A program made the position numbers and the translations under genes. From positions 36,156 through 100,155 of the IMG/VR virus record IMGVR_UViG_3300037475_000071: a stretch of DNA of 64,000 nucleotides; one strand, written 5' to 3'. The notes beneath the pieces are model-generated. The model worked only from the letters and a program-made list of their open reading frames with translations, searched no databases and had not been told where the DNA came from. Each line of letters starts with the position of its first letter. Position 1 is the stretch's first letter. The stretch comes from a virus. This document shows positions 55,344 to 64,000 of this stretch, one piece after another.

Positions 55344-57346
55344 TCGAGTTGTACCTGTACCATTTTGGAGGTTGCAACAGCGGTGATGTTTGCCGCCACA
55401 ATATCATTCGGCGTCACCGTCGTAGTAGTGAAATCCGTAAGCGTAGTTGAATGGAGTGCCGTACCTGTTGCCAAAGAAACGCCACTGGTAGAAATTGAGT
55501 TAGATACAGTGGGAATTGCCGTACCGCTGGCAATCTTCCAGAACTTTACAGTGAACGTTCCAGCGTCAGCTAGTAGATTGTAGGCCGACACTGTACAGCC
55601 GAACGGAACTGTCACATACCGAGTAATGCTGCTTGATAGTGCCGAGCCTTCCGCCGCGCCAAATGTAAAGGTAATGGTGCGAATCTTGATGCGGTCTACA
55701 TAGGCGGTCGTTGCCACTTTGGTGGAATTGTCATCCGCGGACTGCGTAGTTGCCGTTATGCCACTCGGCAAAGCCGTGGCTGGAGTAACTCCTCCATTAG
55801 CATCACCAACAGCTATTTTCGTGGCATCGAAGGTTCCCGTACCTGTCTGCACATTAGCGTCGGTGCCGTTCAGGGCCTTAGAGGACGTAATTGTCGTTGC
55901 ACTGCCGGCCACTGCAACCTGTCCTACAGTCATCCCAGAAAGAGAACCGGAAGATGGCGCAACAAGCCTTGCATTCCAAATAGTGCTTTCGCCGTTACTG
56001 ACGGTCGCGCTGCCAGAATCAACGATTGTGAAGCTAGTCTGTGCAGTAGCTTTAGCCACCGTGCCAGTGAGGTTGATTGTGTCGCTTCCACCGCGATTGA
56101 CTGTGAGGGTAGAACCACTCTCATTGATGAGAGCGAATACCATACTGCTACCGCAGCCAGTTGCCGTGTGATCTGGTAGAGTCACTACGCTGGCACCGGA
56201 ATCAAATACAATCGTCGTATTGCGGTCTATAAGTGCCGTTGAACTATCGCACTGAACTACATAAGGCGTGGTAGTAACGTGTGCTCCGCTGTTCCCATCC
56301 TTTAAGCCGGGAGAAGCAAACGCCATCGCTGAGCCATTGGTCGCGGTTGGAACCTGGCCAGTCTTCGCAGCGGTATCATTGATAGGGGTATCCCAAGATG
56401 TATTGGAGCCAGTGTGATGAGCAATTCCAGTGCCGGATGGCCAAGTCATTGAACCAGCACCGGTAGCCAGAGCCGTCCATGTATTAGTCGCCGAGCAAAA
56501 CTTCATCGCTACACCGACCGAGTTAAACTCAATCTGCCCAGCCGTACAAGTAGCGGGGTCAGACGAATGAATCGGCTGCAACACATCCATAGCGCTGAAG
56601 TCCTGTAACCCCCCGCCTGAATAGGTGTTTGCCTGGTTCTTAAAAATAATGTTCGCAACGTCAGACAAATCCGCAGACGCAGGCTGTGCTTTTGTGAACG
56701 CGCCTGTTGTACTGTTATACGCACTAAAGAACTGGTGCGTAGTAGCAGTGGTATTAGCAGCAAGAGTCGGCGTACCAGTCAGACTGGAATAGGCCGTACC
56801 ATTGCAAAATGCACTAGCGTCTGATAGGTCAGCGCAGGCCGGGCGGAAATATGCAGGCGTTCCTAATACCCCAGTGTTATTACCAAAGAAAGTATGTGCC
56901 GCCGCTTGCGACAGAGAAAAAGCAGGTGTAGTAGTTGGATTAGCTACAGTAAATAACGGAGCCAAGCCGCTCACAGTGGTTACGGTTCCTGAGCCACCAC
57001 CGACACCTGTAGTGGCGCTTATCTGGCACCGAGTAATGGATGTTGCAAACCCTACTGCCGATTCCTGACACCAGTAAATGCCGGGTGTAGCGAAGAATAT
57101 ATAATTAGCATTCAAATCTGCTACGGTGGTGGTTCCTAAAGATTGGGTGAGGGCTGCATCGCTGTACAGAGTAATAGGACTGGCGCACGCTTGGTCAGTG
57201 CATACCTTAATAGTTGCGCCGGGAATAGCAATCAATGCGTTGCTGTTTATCAGCTTACCTTCGGCCTTGTCTTTATACAGACCACCTTGGGCAAACGCAC
57301 CACACGAGGACAGAAGCAAAAATACAACAAAATGTCTCAATGACAC
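55331..57346 (-). CDS. fibre/spike-like protein with signal peptide
   Basis: MSLRHFVVFLLLSSCGAFA/Q; IPGATI.V...LYSD.........AD...Y.FFA.PG.Y anchor-like domain; TQSADDNSTKVATTAYV fibre repeat. Confidence 0.8.
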   Translation of the reverse strand: MSLRHFVVFLLLSSCGAFAQGGLYKDKAEGKLINSNALIAIPGATIKVCTDQACASPITLYSDAALTQSLGTTTVADLNANYIFFATPGIYWCQESAVGFATSITRCQISATTGVGGGSGTVTTVSGLAPLFTVANPTTTPAFSLSQAAAHTFFGNNTGVLGTPAYFRPACADLSDASAFCNGTAYSSLTGTPTLAANTTATTHQFFSAYNSTTGAFTKAQPASADLSDVANIIFKNQANTYSGGGLQDFSAMDVLQPIHSSDPATCTAGQIEFNSVGVAMKFCSATNTWTALATGAGSMTWPSGTGIAHHTGSNTSWDTPINDTAAKTGQVPTATNGSAMAFASPGLKDGNSGAHVTTTPYVVQCDSSTALIDRNTTIVFDSGASVVTLPDHTATGCGSSMVFALINESGSTLTVNRGGSDTINLTGTVAKATAQTSFTIVDSGSATVSNGESTIWNARLVAPSSGSLSGMTVGQVAVAGSATTITSSKALNGTDANVQTGTGTFDATKIAVGDANGGVTPATALPSGITATTQSADDNSTKVATTAYVDRIKIRTITFTFGAAEGSALSSSITRYVTVPFGCTVSAYNLLADAGTFTVKFWKIASGTAIPTVSNSISTSGVSLATGTALHSTTLTDFTTTTVTPNDIVAANITAVATSKMVQVQLECDQ

Positions 57347-57375
57347 AGTGATTCCTTCTTTGTGTAGGAGTTTAC

Positions 57376-57819
57376 TTACGGGCGGGAAATGCTTTTCGCA
57401 TAGACCATGAACATGATGTCCACACCACCCATTGCCACGGGGTCGTAATCCGTTATCTCAAATATCTCTTTGTTGCTTGAAGCATCAACGAGGACAAGAT
57501 ATGTTAAGCCACCATCTAACTCAGCCAGAGACATAGCCGTGGGCGAGCAGATAAAGGCATACATGTTTGCCACTTCCTGCTTTGACCCTTGGGCGAGCAT
57601 TTCTGAACGCGAACCAGGCCCAACATCGTATCTAGCCAAGCGCGTATATGTCGGTTGTGGGCTGAGAATAGTATCCACAGTGCTAGAAGTCGCACGTCCT
57701 ATAAGGGCGTCCCCACTTCCGGTCGTCACTGCTCTCTTGTAAACTATGCGGTCTCCGGGGCCGAACTTCTTAAGCGCATTGTCGAGTCTGTTGCGAATAC
57801 TGAGGGCTCTGCTGGCCAT
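57376..57819 (-). CDS. head closure/head-tail joining protein
   Basis: 147 aa after adaptor; position-based. Confidence 0.55.
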   Translation of the reverse strand: MASRALSIRNRLDNALKKFGPGDRIVYKRAVTTGSGDALIGRATSSTVDTILSPQPTYTRLARYDVGPGSRSEMLAQGSKQEVANMYAFICSPTAMSLAELDGGLTYLVLVDASSNKEIFEITDYDPVAMGGVDIMFMVYAKSISRP

Positions 57820-58418
57820 TAACCCCTCCGCAACTTAGGCCCGCGCATCAGATAAGGCTTAACCATTTCATAAGCCACTGGCGCGAACATGCTTCCTTCG
57901 AATCCATACTGCTGGCTGACGTGAATCTGGCCGCGGCCAATGGACACGGAGTCAGTCACAATGCCTTGCATACGATTGGCGAGGGCCGTCTGGTCGAACG
58001 TCAGCATATAGACGGCCTGCTCACACTGCGCCATCATGATAGGTTCAGGAATAAAGTTGGCACCGGTAACGGGGTCGATGTCCAGATTGCGAGGAAACTG
58101 AAGAAACTGGTAGTAATAGAACTTAACCGGCTCCCGCAGAAGCTGGAAGTTCATAATCAACCCAGTTTGGCGGTTGTAGTAACTCTTCCAAACTGACGCA
58201 TCCCGTATTATCGGCGTCGTGAACCGCGCCGACTCTATCGTCCGGCACGCGCTTATCAGCAACAGCGGCTTAGCCGCCACAGAAACCGCAGACCATGCGG
58301 AACTGAGAGACGCGCTCCAGTGATTGGCGAAGTAGTTGTCCGCGTATGGCACGTCAACGTAGCTATTGGTACCGTCATCGACAGTACCCATTATCGTGTT
58401 GTCTAACGCGATTGCCAT
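57819..58418 (-). CDS. head-tail adaptor (DnaT-like annotated family)
   Basis: NSYVDV.YADNYF, L.FPR, IP..I..AQCEQA; start moved to ATG 58418. Confidence 0.75.
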   Translation of the reverse strand: MAIALDNTIMGTVDDGTNSYVDVPYADNYFANHWSASLSSAWSAVSVAAKPLLLISACRTIESARFTTPIIRDASVWKSYYNRQTGLIMNFQLLREPVKFYYYQFLQFPRNLDIDPVTGANFIPEPIMMAQCEQAVYMLTFDQTALANRMQGIVTDSVSIGRGQIHVSQQYGFEGSMFAPVAYEMVKPYLMRGPKLRRG

Positions 58419-58768
58419 CAGAACTCCTCTAACTCCACGGTCTTGCCGGCCAACTCGTGCGTGCAATCAGCTAGGTAAATAATTTTGCCGTCGTTAACGT
58501 GTGAATGACAGCGGTAGCAGACAAATGGCGCAGGGTCTGCGGGATGTTCCTTGTTATAGGTACACCAACAGTAGTCGCCGGGCTTGTGTTGTGGGCAGTA
58601 GTGACCTGACGTAACGAGAACGGAAGGCATAAACGTAGGCCGTTCCCTGTCACCGTTCCAAGTCCATTTACCGATTGTTACCGCGTGGGCTTCTTTACAG
58701 CCCGGACACCAAAACGCTATGCGCCCGTCATCTGTTGTCCGCGTCTTCTTGCCGACATGCGGCTCCAA
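58418..58768 (-). CDS. DUF6527-like Cys/His protein
   Basis: CPGC..H, WTWNG....PTF.PSV, CHS....G.I....DCTH.LAG.TV.L. Confidence 0.8.
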   Translation of the reverse strand: MEPHVGKKTRTTDDGRIAFWCPGCKEAHAVTIGKWTWNGDRERPTFMPSVLVTSGHYCPQHKPGDYCWCTYNKEHPADPAPFVCYRCHSHVNDGKIIYLADCTHELAGKTVELEEF

Positions 58769-58773
58769 ATGAG

Positions 58774-58986
58774 TTACTGCTTTCCCTTTTCAGCTTCTTC
58801 TGCGAGCCTGAGTTCTTCTTGGTAGGCGGCTTCGAACTTGGGGTCTTTTCTCAAGTCGGCGAGCAAACTGGAAGTAACGTTAGTTGGCGGAACGGACTCA
58901 GTTGATGGTGTAGCCGGCTTCGGAGCTTCCGGAGTTGGCGTATTCTGGCGAAGGTGGTAATGACGGCGAAGCGCTCCTAATCCCAT
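58774..58986 (-). CDS. hypothetical protein
   Basis: AAGGAG RBS; MGLGALRRHY. Confidence 0.65.
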   Translation of the reverse strand: MGLGALRRHYHLRQNTPTPEAPKPATPSTESVPPTNVTSSLLADLRKDPKFEAAYQEELRLAEEAEKGKQ

Positions 58987-59617
58987 CTTGGTTGGTCTCC
59001 TTTAATTCTGCGGGAAGTTCTATTCCCATGTCGTTACAACGTTGTTGCAGTCGTTCTAAATCAATTTTGCGTTCTCGTCGGCGGTGGCAGTTTGAGCACA
59101 ACAAGGTACACTTCTTTAACTCTGAAAGTATTTTGTCCCACCCCGATCTGAGAAGGTCTCCTACTCCATTTTCTTTAATAGTAGGATCAGTGTGGTGGAA
59201 ATCATACACATCAATGTCTTCGGTGCGTAAACCGCAATCAACACACTCACCACCGCAGAACTTTACCGCAGTTCTTTTGTTTTCCCTGTTTCTAACGGCA
59301 ATATTGAGCCTCAGTTTCAAAGCACACGTAGGGCAGCGTTTCTGGCCGCTATCTCTCGGGCCTCCACACGACATACAACTATTGTCCGCGTCTCTCTTTA
59401 CGCGCTGCTCTTTAGCCAGCACAGCAGTGCAGTCCGAACAGTAAGAAGAAACGTAGGGCTTACCCGACTTCCTCTTGCCCTGTTCTCTGGGGTTAATATT
59501 GCAGCGTTTACACAACGAATACACCATGTAATCAGTATACCTTAACGTGGGCGACTTCACAACTGTTTTATGTGGCTTCGGGTACATGCTAAAGTCGGGA
59601 GAACCCGCGAACAACAA
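58898..59617 (-). CDS. HNH endonuclease with Zn fingers (true start uncertain, possibly near 59527)
   Basis: GGECVDCG...YDFHH.DP..K...ELKKC.LLCSNCHR. Confidence 0.85.
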   Translation of the reverse strand: MLFAGSPDFSMYPKPHKTVVKSPTLRYTDYMVYSLCKRCNINPREQGKRKSGKPYVSSYCSDCTAVLAKEQRVKRDADNSCMSCGGPRDSGQKRCPTCALKLRLNIAVRNRENKRTAVKFCGGECVDCGLRTEDIDVYDFHHTDPTIKENGVGDLLRSGWDKILSELKKCTLLCSNCHRRRERKIDLERLQQRCNDMGIELPAELKETNQDGIRSASPSLPPSPEYANSGSSEAGYTIN

Positions 59618-59683
59618 GGTATTCTCCCGACCCAGCGTTTAAATTGCTCTAATCTGTCAGAAATGTTTCTGACACCGTTGTCA

Positions 59684-60598
59684 TTAGTAGCTTGTGACCT
59701 TCACAACGTGAATTGATTTTGCCTGCTCAGCGACAACTGCGGTCGTCTGATCGTCGTATCCCCACAAATGTGGCGCAAAATGTACGTTGCTGGAAACAAT
59801 GTCAGCCAACAGCAAAATATCACGGTCGAACTCAACCATGACCTGTCTCTGATAGAACAGAGCCAGTGCCGCAGGCCCAACGATGTACGAGGTGTACAAA
59901 GTCTTAGCAGACTGAGTGGCAGTGGTCACCAAGTCCGAAATCATGATAGGCAAGCCCATCACGGTCGGAATGACGCCTTTCTGCAACACGTCGCCGCCGA
60001 ACTGGTATTGGTTCTGGATAGCCGCGGTCTGGAGTAAGTCTCCATAGACCTTGGAGTGGCAGATTAGTGCGCCGCCACCTTGCATCAGCTTACCGAAGTT
60101 GTCTCCGAGAGTTGAAGTGCACGCTACTGGAATCACGTTCTGATCCCACGTACCGTTAGCGTTGGTCTTGGTGGCACCGATTGACTGGTCGAACGTATTC
60201 GGAGTCAGGTTAGCCTTCAGAACCAATTTACCGTCGATGTATTCAGCCGCACGCCGTGCGATCTGGTCAGCGATTTCGCCAACCGGATCAGCCTTGGACA
60301 CCAACTCGGCGGTATCCAAAACTTCGAAAGCCGCTCCGCCGCGTAGGACGGTAGCGAATTCCGAACCAGAAGTGATTTTGCCGGGGGTCATCGCGGTGCC
60401 TTCAGTTAAGTCGGCGAACGCTCCAACGCGCTTCCAGAACGGCATTTTGAACTGCGTGCCGGGCGCACCCAGCGGAAAATCTCCGTCGAGCTGTACCAAG
60501 CTGGAGTTCCCGAAAACCAACATATCGGGAAACTTCGCAGCGATCTGATCCCCGAGCACTTCTGGATTGATAATGTCTGCAATTGCTGTATTAGCCAT
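59684..60598 (-). CDS. major capsid protein
   Basis: T.IADIINPEV, G.PG....MPFW..., EG, VE.DRDIL; follows scaffold. Confidence 0.9.
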   Translation of the reverse strand: MANTAIADIINPEVLGDQIAAKFPDMLVFGNSSLVQLDGDFPLGAPGTQFKMPFWKRVGAFADLTEGTAMTPGKITSGSEFATVLRGGAAFEVLDTAELVSKADPVGEIADQIARRAAEYIDGKLVLKANLTPNTFDQSIGATKTNANGTWDQNVIPVACTSTLGDNFGKLMQGGGALICHSKVYGDLLQTAAIQNQYQFGGDVLQKGVIPTVMGLPIMISDLVTTATQSAKTLYTSYIVGPAALALFYQRQVMVEFDRDILLLADIVSSNVHFAPHLWGYDDQTTAVVAEQAKSIHVVKVTSY

Positions 60599-60669
60599 TT
60601 ATTTCTAAATACTCCTTATGAGTGCCGTGCCGGTTTTAAGGGCACAGTATGAAAATCTGTTCCACAGAG

Positions 60670-61524
60670 CTAGCCGATTAGTCGCCTCTGCTTAGCTTCC
60701 GTTTTGAGGCGTTTGTACTCGTCAGGACTCTTTTTCATCAAGTCGTTGGCGAGTCTAGGATTTGAACCTTTGCCAAAAATTTCCTCAACCTTATAGACCT
60801 GTCGGCCAGTAGAAAGACCTGTTCGCGTAGAACCCTCAGAGCCAGAACCAGTACGAGCATCGCTCTTGACCATGTAAGGCTTCTTTGTGGCGAAGTCTTT
60901 GAAGAATTCTTCCGGACTCATTGGATCGTAAGACGCATTGAGCTTCGGAGTTCCGTCATCGTTAACCACGACGAAACGTCCTTCTTCGTCTTTCCACTTA
61001 AAGTTCTTATCAGTCAAGGCAGCAATCGCGTCTGTATCGACGAACTGCTCCTGTGCCGCCACGCTGGTAATCAAGTTACGTTTGCGTTCAGCAATAAGCT
61101 GTTCCTGGATAGCCTTGGTGCTTTTTTCTTGGTCGGTCAGCTTCCGCTTTACGTTCTCAAAGTCAGTATCCTTGTTGACGCGAGCTCTCTGCATTTCAGC
61201 AATCTCGGCCTTCAACTTTTCAACGTCGTCTTTGGCGTCTTTCTTGTCGCCGGGAGTGGCCGTTTTAAGAGCTTCCTGAGCAGCCTTTAGGTCGGCTTCA
61301 AGCTGGGTAGCTCTCTGCCTATCCGCTTCAGCCTGTGTTTTAGCTTCAGCACCTGCGCGACCCATCGCTTTCTTAACGATGTCGTCAATTTTGGCTTGCT
61401 GTTCCGGGGTAAACGTTACTTCCTTGTCGTCGGCGGCTTGGTCACCACCAGAAACGGTGCGACCTTCAGCGATGTACTTGTCAACGGTTTCCGACCACTT
61501 TTGATTGAGGTAATTCTTAGACAT
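60670..61524 (-). CDS. capsid scaffolding protein
   Basis: FTPEQQ..ID.IV, coiled coil, KPY.VK...GSGS. Confidence 0.82.
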   Translation of the reverse strand: MSKNYLNQKWSETVDKYIAEGRTVSGGDQAADDKEVTFTPEQQAKIDDIVKKAMGRAGAEAKTQAEADRQRATQLEADLKAAQEALKTATPGDKKDAKDDVEKLKAEIAEMQRARVNKDTDFENVKRKLTDQEKSTKAIQEQLIAERKRNLITSVAAQEQFVDTDAIAALTDKNFKWKDEEGRFVVVNDDGTPKLNASYDPMSPEEFFKDFATKKPYMVKSDARTGSGSEGSTRTGLSTGRQVYKVEEIFGKGSNPRLANDLMKKSPDEYKRLKTEAKQRRLIG

Positions 61525-61544
61525 TTGTTTCTTTCTGCGTCCAA

Positions 61545-61585
61545 TAAAAAAGACCCGTTCAGCGGTGGACTAAGCCGCAGGGTCT
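61545..61585 (-). terminator. intrinsic terminator directly upstream of scaffold gene
   Basis: - strand AGACCC...GGGTCT followed by TTTTTATT. Confidence 0.6.
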
Positions 61586-61648
61586 GCCTCACGATGTCTG
61601 CCCCCGATTGGTGAGTTCTCTCGGGTGTAGGTTTCTTACAAACTTGGT

Positions 61649-62023
61649 TTAGAGCGAGCCGCCCGTAGGTGGGCGTCGGCCAGGAGCCTTGTTGACTCCA
61701 CTGCGATTCTTGATTGGATCGGGGTTCTGAACAGCCGGATAAATCTTTGAACGATAAGCATTCAAAGGGTCTTTCAGGTCAGAAGTTCCCTTTTCGTTTT
61801 TGGCGAGTTGCACTTGGTTACCAGATTCACGGGTAACATCGGTATAGCGCTTTCCAAGGCCACCTGAAGTAGAAGGAGCAACGGTGCGCGTACCTTTTCC
61901 AGTAAATTGCTCCTGGTTAGATTCTTTCCCGCTTACCTTCGCGTCGGACTGCAAATCACTTTTCGGATTAGTCAGGTCGGCAAGGCTGTCGCGGCCGGGA
62001 GCTTTCTTCGATGAATATGCCAT
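61649..62023 (-). CDS. hypothetical basic, hydrophilic protein
   Basis: AGGAG RBS; low-complexity, likely disordered. Confidence 0.7.
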   Translation of the reverse strand: MAYSSKKAPGRDSLADLTNPKSDLQSDAKVSGKESNQEQFTGKGTRTVAPSTSGGLGKRYTDVTRESGNQVQLAKNEKGTSDLKDPLNAYRSKIYPAVQNPDPIKNRSGVNKAPGRRPPTGGSL

Positions 62024-62177
62024 TGTTTATTAGTTCTCCTAAAATATTGCGATATGAAATGTTGAGCAGGGGCCGGTTATGTTTCCCGGCGCACTTCGGG
62101 GATGCGATTCAGGAACCGGCCCCCTGCCTATCCCGGTCTTTGTAGGTAGCGAGTTACTTGGACAGGCATATCTTTTT

Positions 62178-63860
62178 CTACGACTTTACTTTCTTCGTTG
62201 CGGCGGTACTGCTAGTGCCTGACTCAGCGGCAGCTTCTGCCATCGTGCCACTGCTCTTTGGCTTCTGCTGGGCACCGGGAGAACTGCCTTCCGGCTTGTT
62301 CTGGCCTATCAGAGCCTGCTTCTGTACGTCCTGCCACTCAGCGAACTTGGCCGGAGCATCGAAGAAGTTGCCGATTTCCTTGAGAACGGTTTCCCGTTGC
62401 TCAGTCGTCAGCTTTCCGTCGTATTGCGCAACTAACTGTTCCAACTCAATCTTCACGAACGTCGGTGAAGGCATTTGCAGGTCTCTTGCGAGAGTCAGCA
62501 ACTGCGTCATAGCGTCGGTAAGATTTGTAAGTTCGTAACGGTCTTTGTATTTAACGGTTCCGTCCCATTTTTTATTCATGAACTTCATCGTAAGCACCAT
62601 CAACCGATACTCTGTTCTTTGCAGAACGTCGGCGCGGGAAGCGATGAATGGAACCGTTTTAGAAAAAGATTGTGCCTGACTAAAACCACTAGCCTTTTCG
62701 CCATTGAAGAGTTCGTTCAGCGTGTCTTGTGCGGCACGTCGGAACATCTCCTGCTTGATCCTCTCGCGTTCATCCTGAATGAACTTAGCTGGGTCTGCTG
62801 GCGGGGTAATGTAGGAAGGGGGTTTTGCTCCCTTCGGATATTCAAGTACGTTGGCCGTACCAATCACGCCGTCTTCTTGGCTATTGGTTGGTATGGACAT
62901 CTCAGTCTCTTTGGCAAGAATGTTAAACGCCTGTCGATACAGGAACTCTTGCAGGAGACTGGTTAAATTCATAATCTCGCGGTTGTTGTACGCGAGGTCT
63001 CGCAGGAAGCTGTTACCCATATAAGAGTAACGCTTGCTGCGTTGGAAACGGGTCACTTCCAGAGGAATTAGGCCAAGTGAGTTGCCGACTTTTTCCCGAC
63101 TTTTAATTAGCTTGGGATTACGTGCATCGGTAATATCAACTTCGCTGATCTCATAGTTATCGGCGTAATACTCAGTGAATTTCTCAATGGACTTCTTGCC
63201 CCCATTTTCCATTACGTCGATGAGTTGTCGTCGCTTGGCATAGGTGAACGAATCAAAGCTGTCCACCACCCAGTCCAGAATCTCTTCTGGCGGTATCTGC
63301 ACCCAATAAGGTTGAAGTTTGTAGTCCTTCTCAATTTGCTTGGTCAGAGGGCGGTCTGCTATGTCAGGGCGTTGCGGAGCCGTGACCTCGGTGTAACGCA
63401 TCCCATAAATCTGCATGTCGTCGCAGACTTGTTCCATGAACTCGTCAATGGTTTCCTGCTTACGGTTCACATCTTTAACGAACTCGTCGTAGAAGGCTTT
63501 GTTTGAGCCTCCGTCCCGCTGAATGGTATCCGCGAAAATGAAGTTGGAAAAGAAGTCCACCAAGGGTGCACAATAATTCAAATAGTGCAGCCGCTTTACA
63601 CGCTGGTAATAATCGTCGTCGGTCTCACGCACATGCTTGAATAGGTTGGACGTGTGTGTGAAACTAGGGCCGCCCTCATAAGCGGATAGATACAAAGCCC
63701 ATTCTGGGAGATACTCTTCGTACAGAAGATGTTGGCTTCGTAGGCGCTCTATTTCTTTCTTATCTTTTTCTTCTTGGGACGTGTCTCCGTCGGACAATAC
63801 CATCTGCCCTGGAGCAAAGCCCGGTGCCCCAGTGACGGGTACGCTTGCTACCTTTGCCAT
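62178..63860 (-). CDS. portal protein
   Basis: AYEGG...E....Y..R......NYC, PYW..I.PE.I.DW, YITP; position upstream of scaffold and capsid. Confidence 0.88.
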   Translation of the reverse strand: MAKVASVPVTGAPGFAPGQMVLSDGDTSQEEKDKKEIERLRSQHLLYEEYLPEWALYLSAYEGGPSFTHTSNLFKHVRETDDDYYQRVKRLHYLNYCAPLVDFFSNFIFADTIQRDGGSNKAFYDEFVKDVNRKQETIDEFMEQVCDDMQIYGMRYTEVTAPQRPDIADRPLTKQIEKDYKLQPYWVQIPPEEILDWVVDSFDSFTYAKRRQLIDVMENGGKKSIEKFTEYYADNYEISEVDITDARNPKLIKSREKVGNSLGLIPLEVTRFQRSKRYSYMGNSFLRDLAYNNREIMNLTSLLQEFLYRQAFNILAKETEMSIPTNSQEDGVIGTANVLEYPKGAKPPSYITPPADPAKFIQDERERIKQEMFRRAAQDTLNELFNGEKASGFSQAQSFSKTVPFIASRADVLQRTEYRLMVLTMKFMNKKWDGTVKYKDRYELTNLTDAMTQLLTLARDLQMPSPTFVKIELEQLVAQYDGKLTTEQRETVLKEIGNFFDAPAKFAEWQDVQKQALIGQNKPEGSSPGAQQKPKSSGTMAEAAAESGTSSTAATKKVKS

Positions 63861-63873
63861 GTCAAGCCCTTCT

Positions 63874-63999
63874 TCAGTCCCATGCAACCTGCTGCGTAAC
63901 AAACAGCTTTAGTTGCTCGTCCAATGTTCTCTTGCGGATTAAGGCCAATTCAGCGGCGTGGTCTTTACTGCGATCGAACGCCTCCGTCATGAGCTCGTA
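63874..63999 (-). CDS. 3' end of a gene running off the window
   Basis: Open frame ...YELMTEAFDR...QVAWD stop. Confidence 0.4.
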   Translation of the reverse strand, partial: YELMTEAFDRSKDHAAELALIRKRTLDEQLKLFVTQQVAWD

Positions 64000-64000
64000 C

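Noticed and set aside
22704-63860. Many + strand ORFs of 60-190 aa opposite the virion genes (and - strand ORFs in 1-22650)
   Set aside because: Antisense shadows of well-supported genes, without RBS or recognisable motifs
1-64000. Stop-codon reassignment
   Set aside because: Long conserved genes are intact in the standard code and TAA, TAG and TGA all terminate genes
1-64000. Integrase, repressor, DNA polymerase, terminase
   Set aside because: None recognised; probably outside the window, so lifestyle cannot be called

Overview
64 kb segment of a tailed (siphovirus-like) dsDNA phage genome in two convergent arms. The + arm (1-22650) carries replication and nucleotide-metabolism genes: SF2 helicase, two GT2 glycosyltransferases, T7-type primase-helicase, EndoVII, intein-containing RecA, dUTPase, class II RNR, dCMP deaminase, Nudix, methyltransferase, several HNH-type nucleases and two structured non-coding RNAs behind a family of related promoters. 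The - arm (22704-64000) is the virion and lysis operon: portal, scaffold, capsid, head-tail, tail tube, frameshifted tail chaperones, tape measure, tail and tailspike proteins, holin- and spanin-like genes. The host is inferred, not proven, to be an acidobacterium. Most unusual feature: seven late-arm proteins begin with Sec-type signal peptides. Six are large Cys-containing fibre, adhesin or glycosidase-like proteins, two of them with phage fibre-anchoring motifs directly after the signal, and the seventh is a trypsin-like protease. This suggests virion appendages that are exported, folded in the periplasm and attached at lysis. The tail module also holds an acyl carrier protein, a tail protein ending in a non-splicing Hint domain, and a beta-sandwich domain apparently split over two genes. 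All assignments come from motif recognition by eye; no database searches were run.
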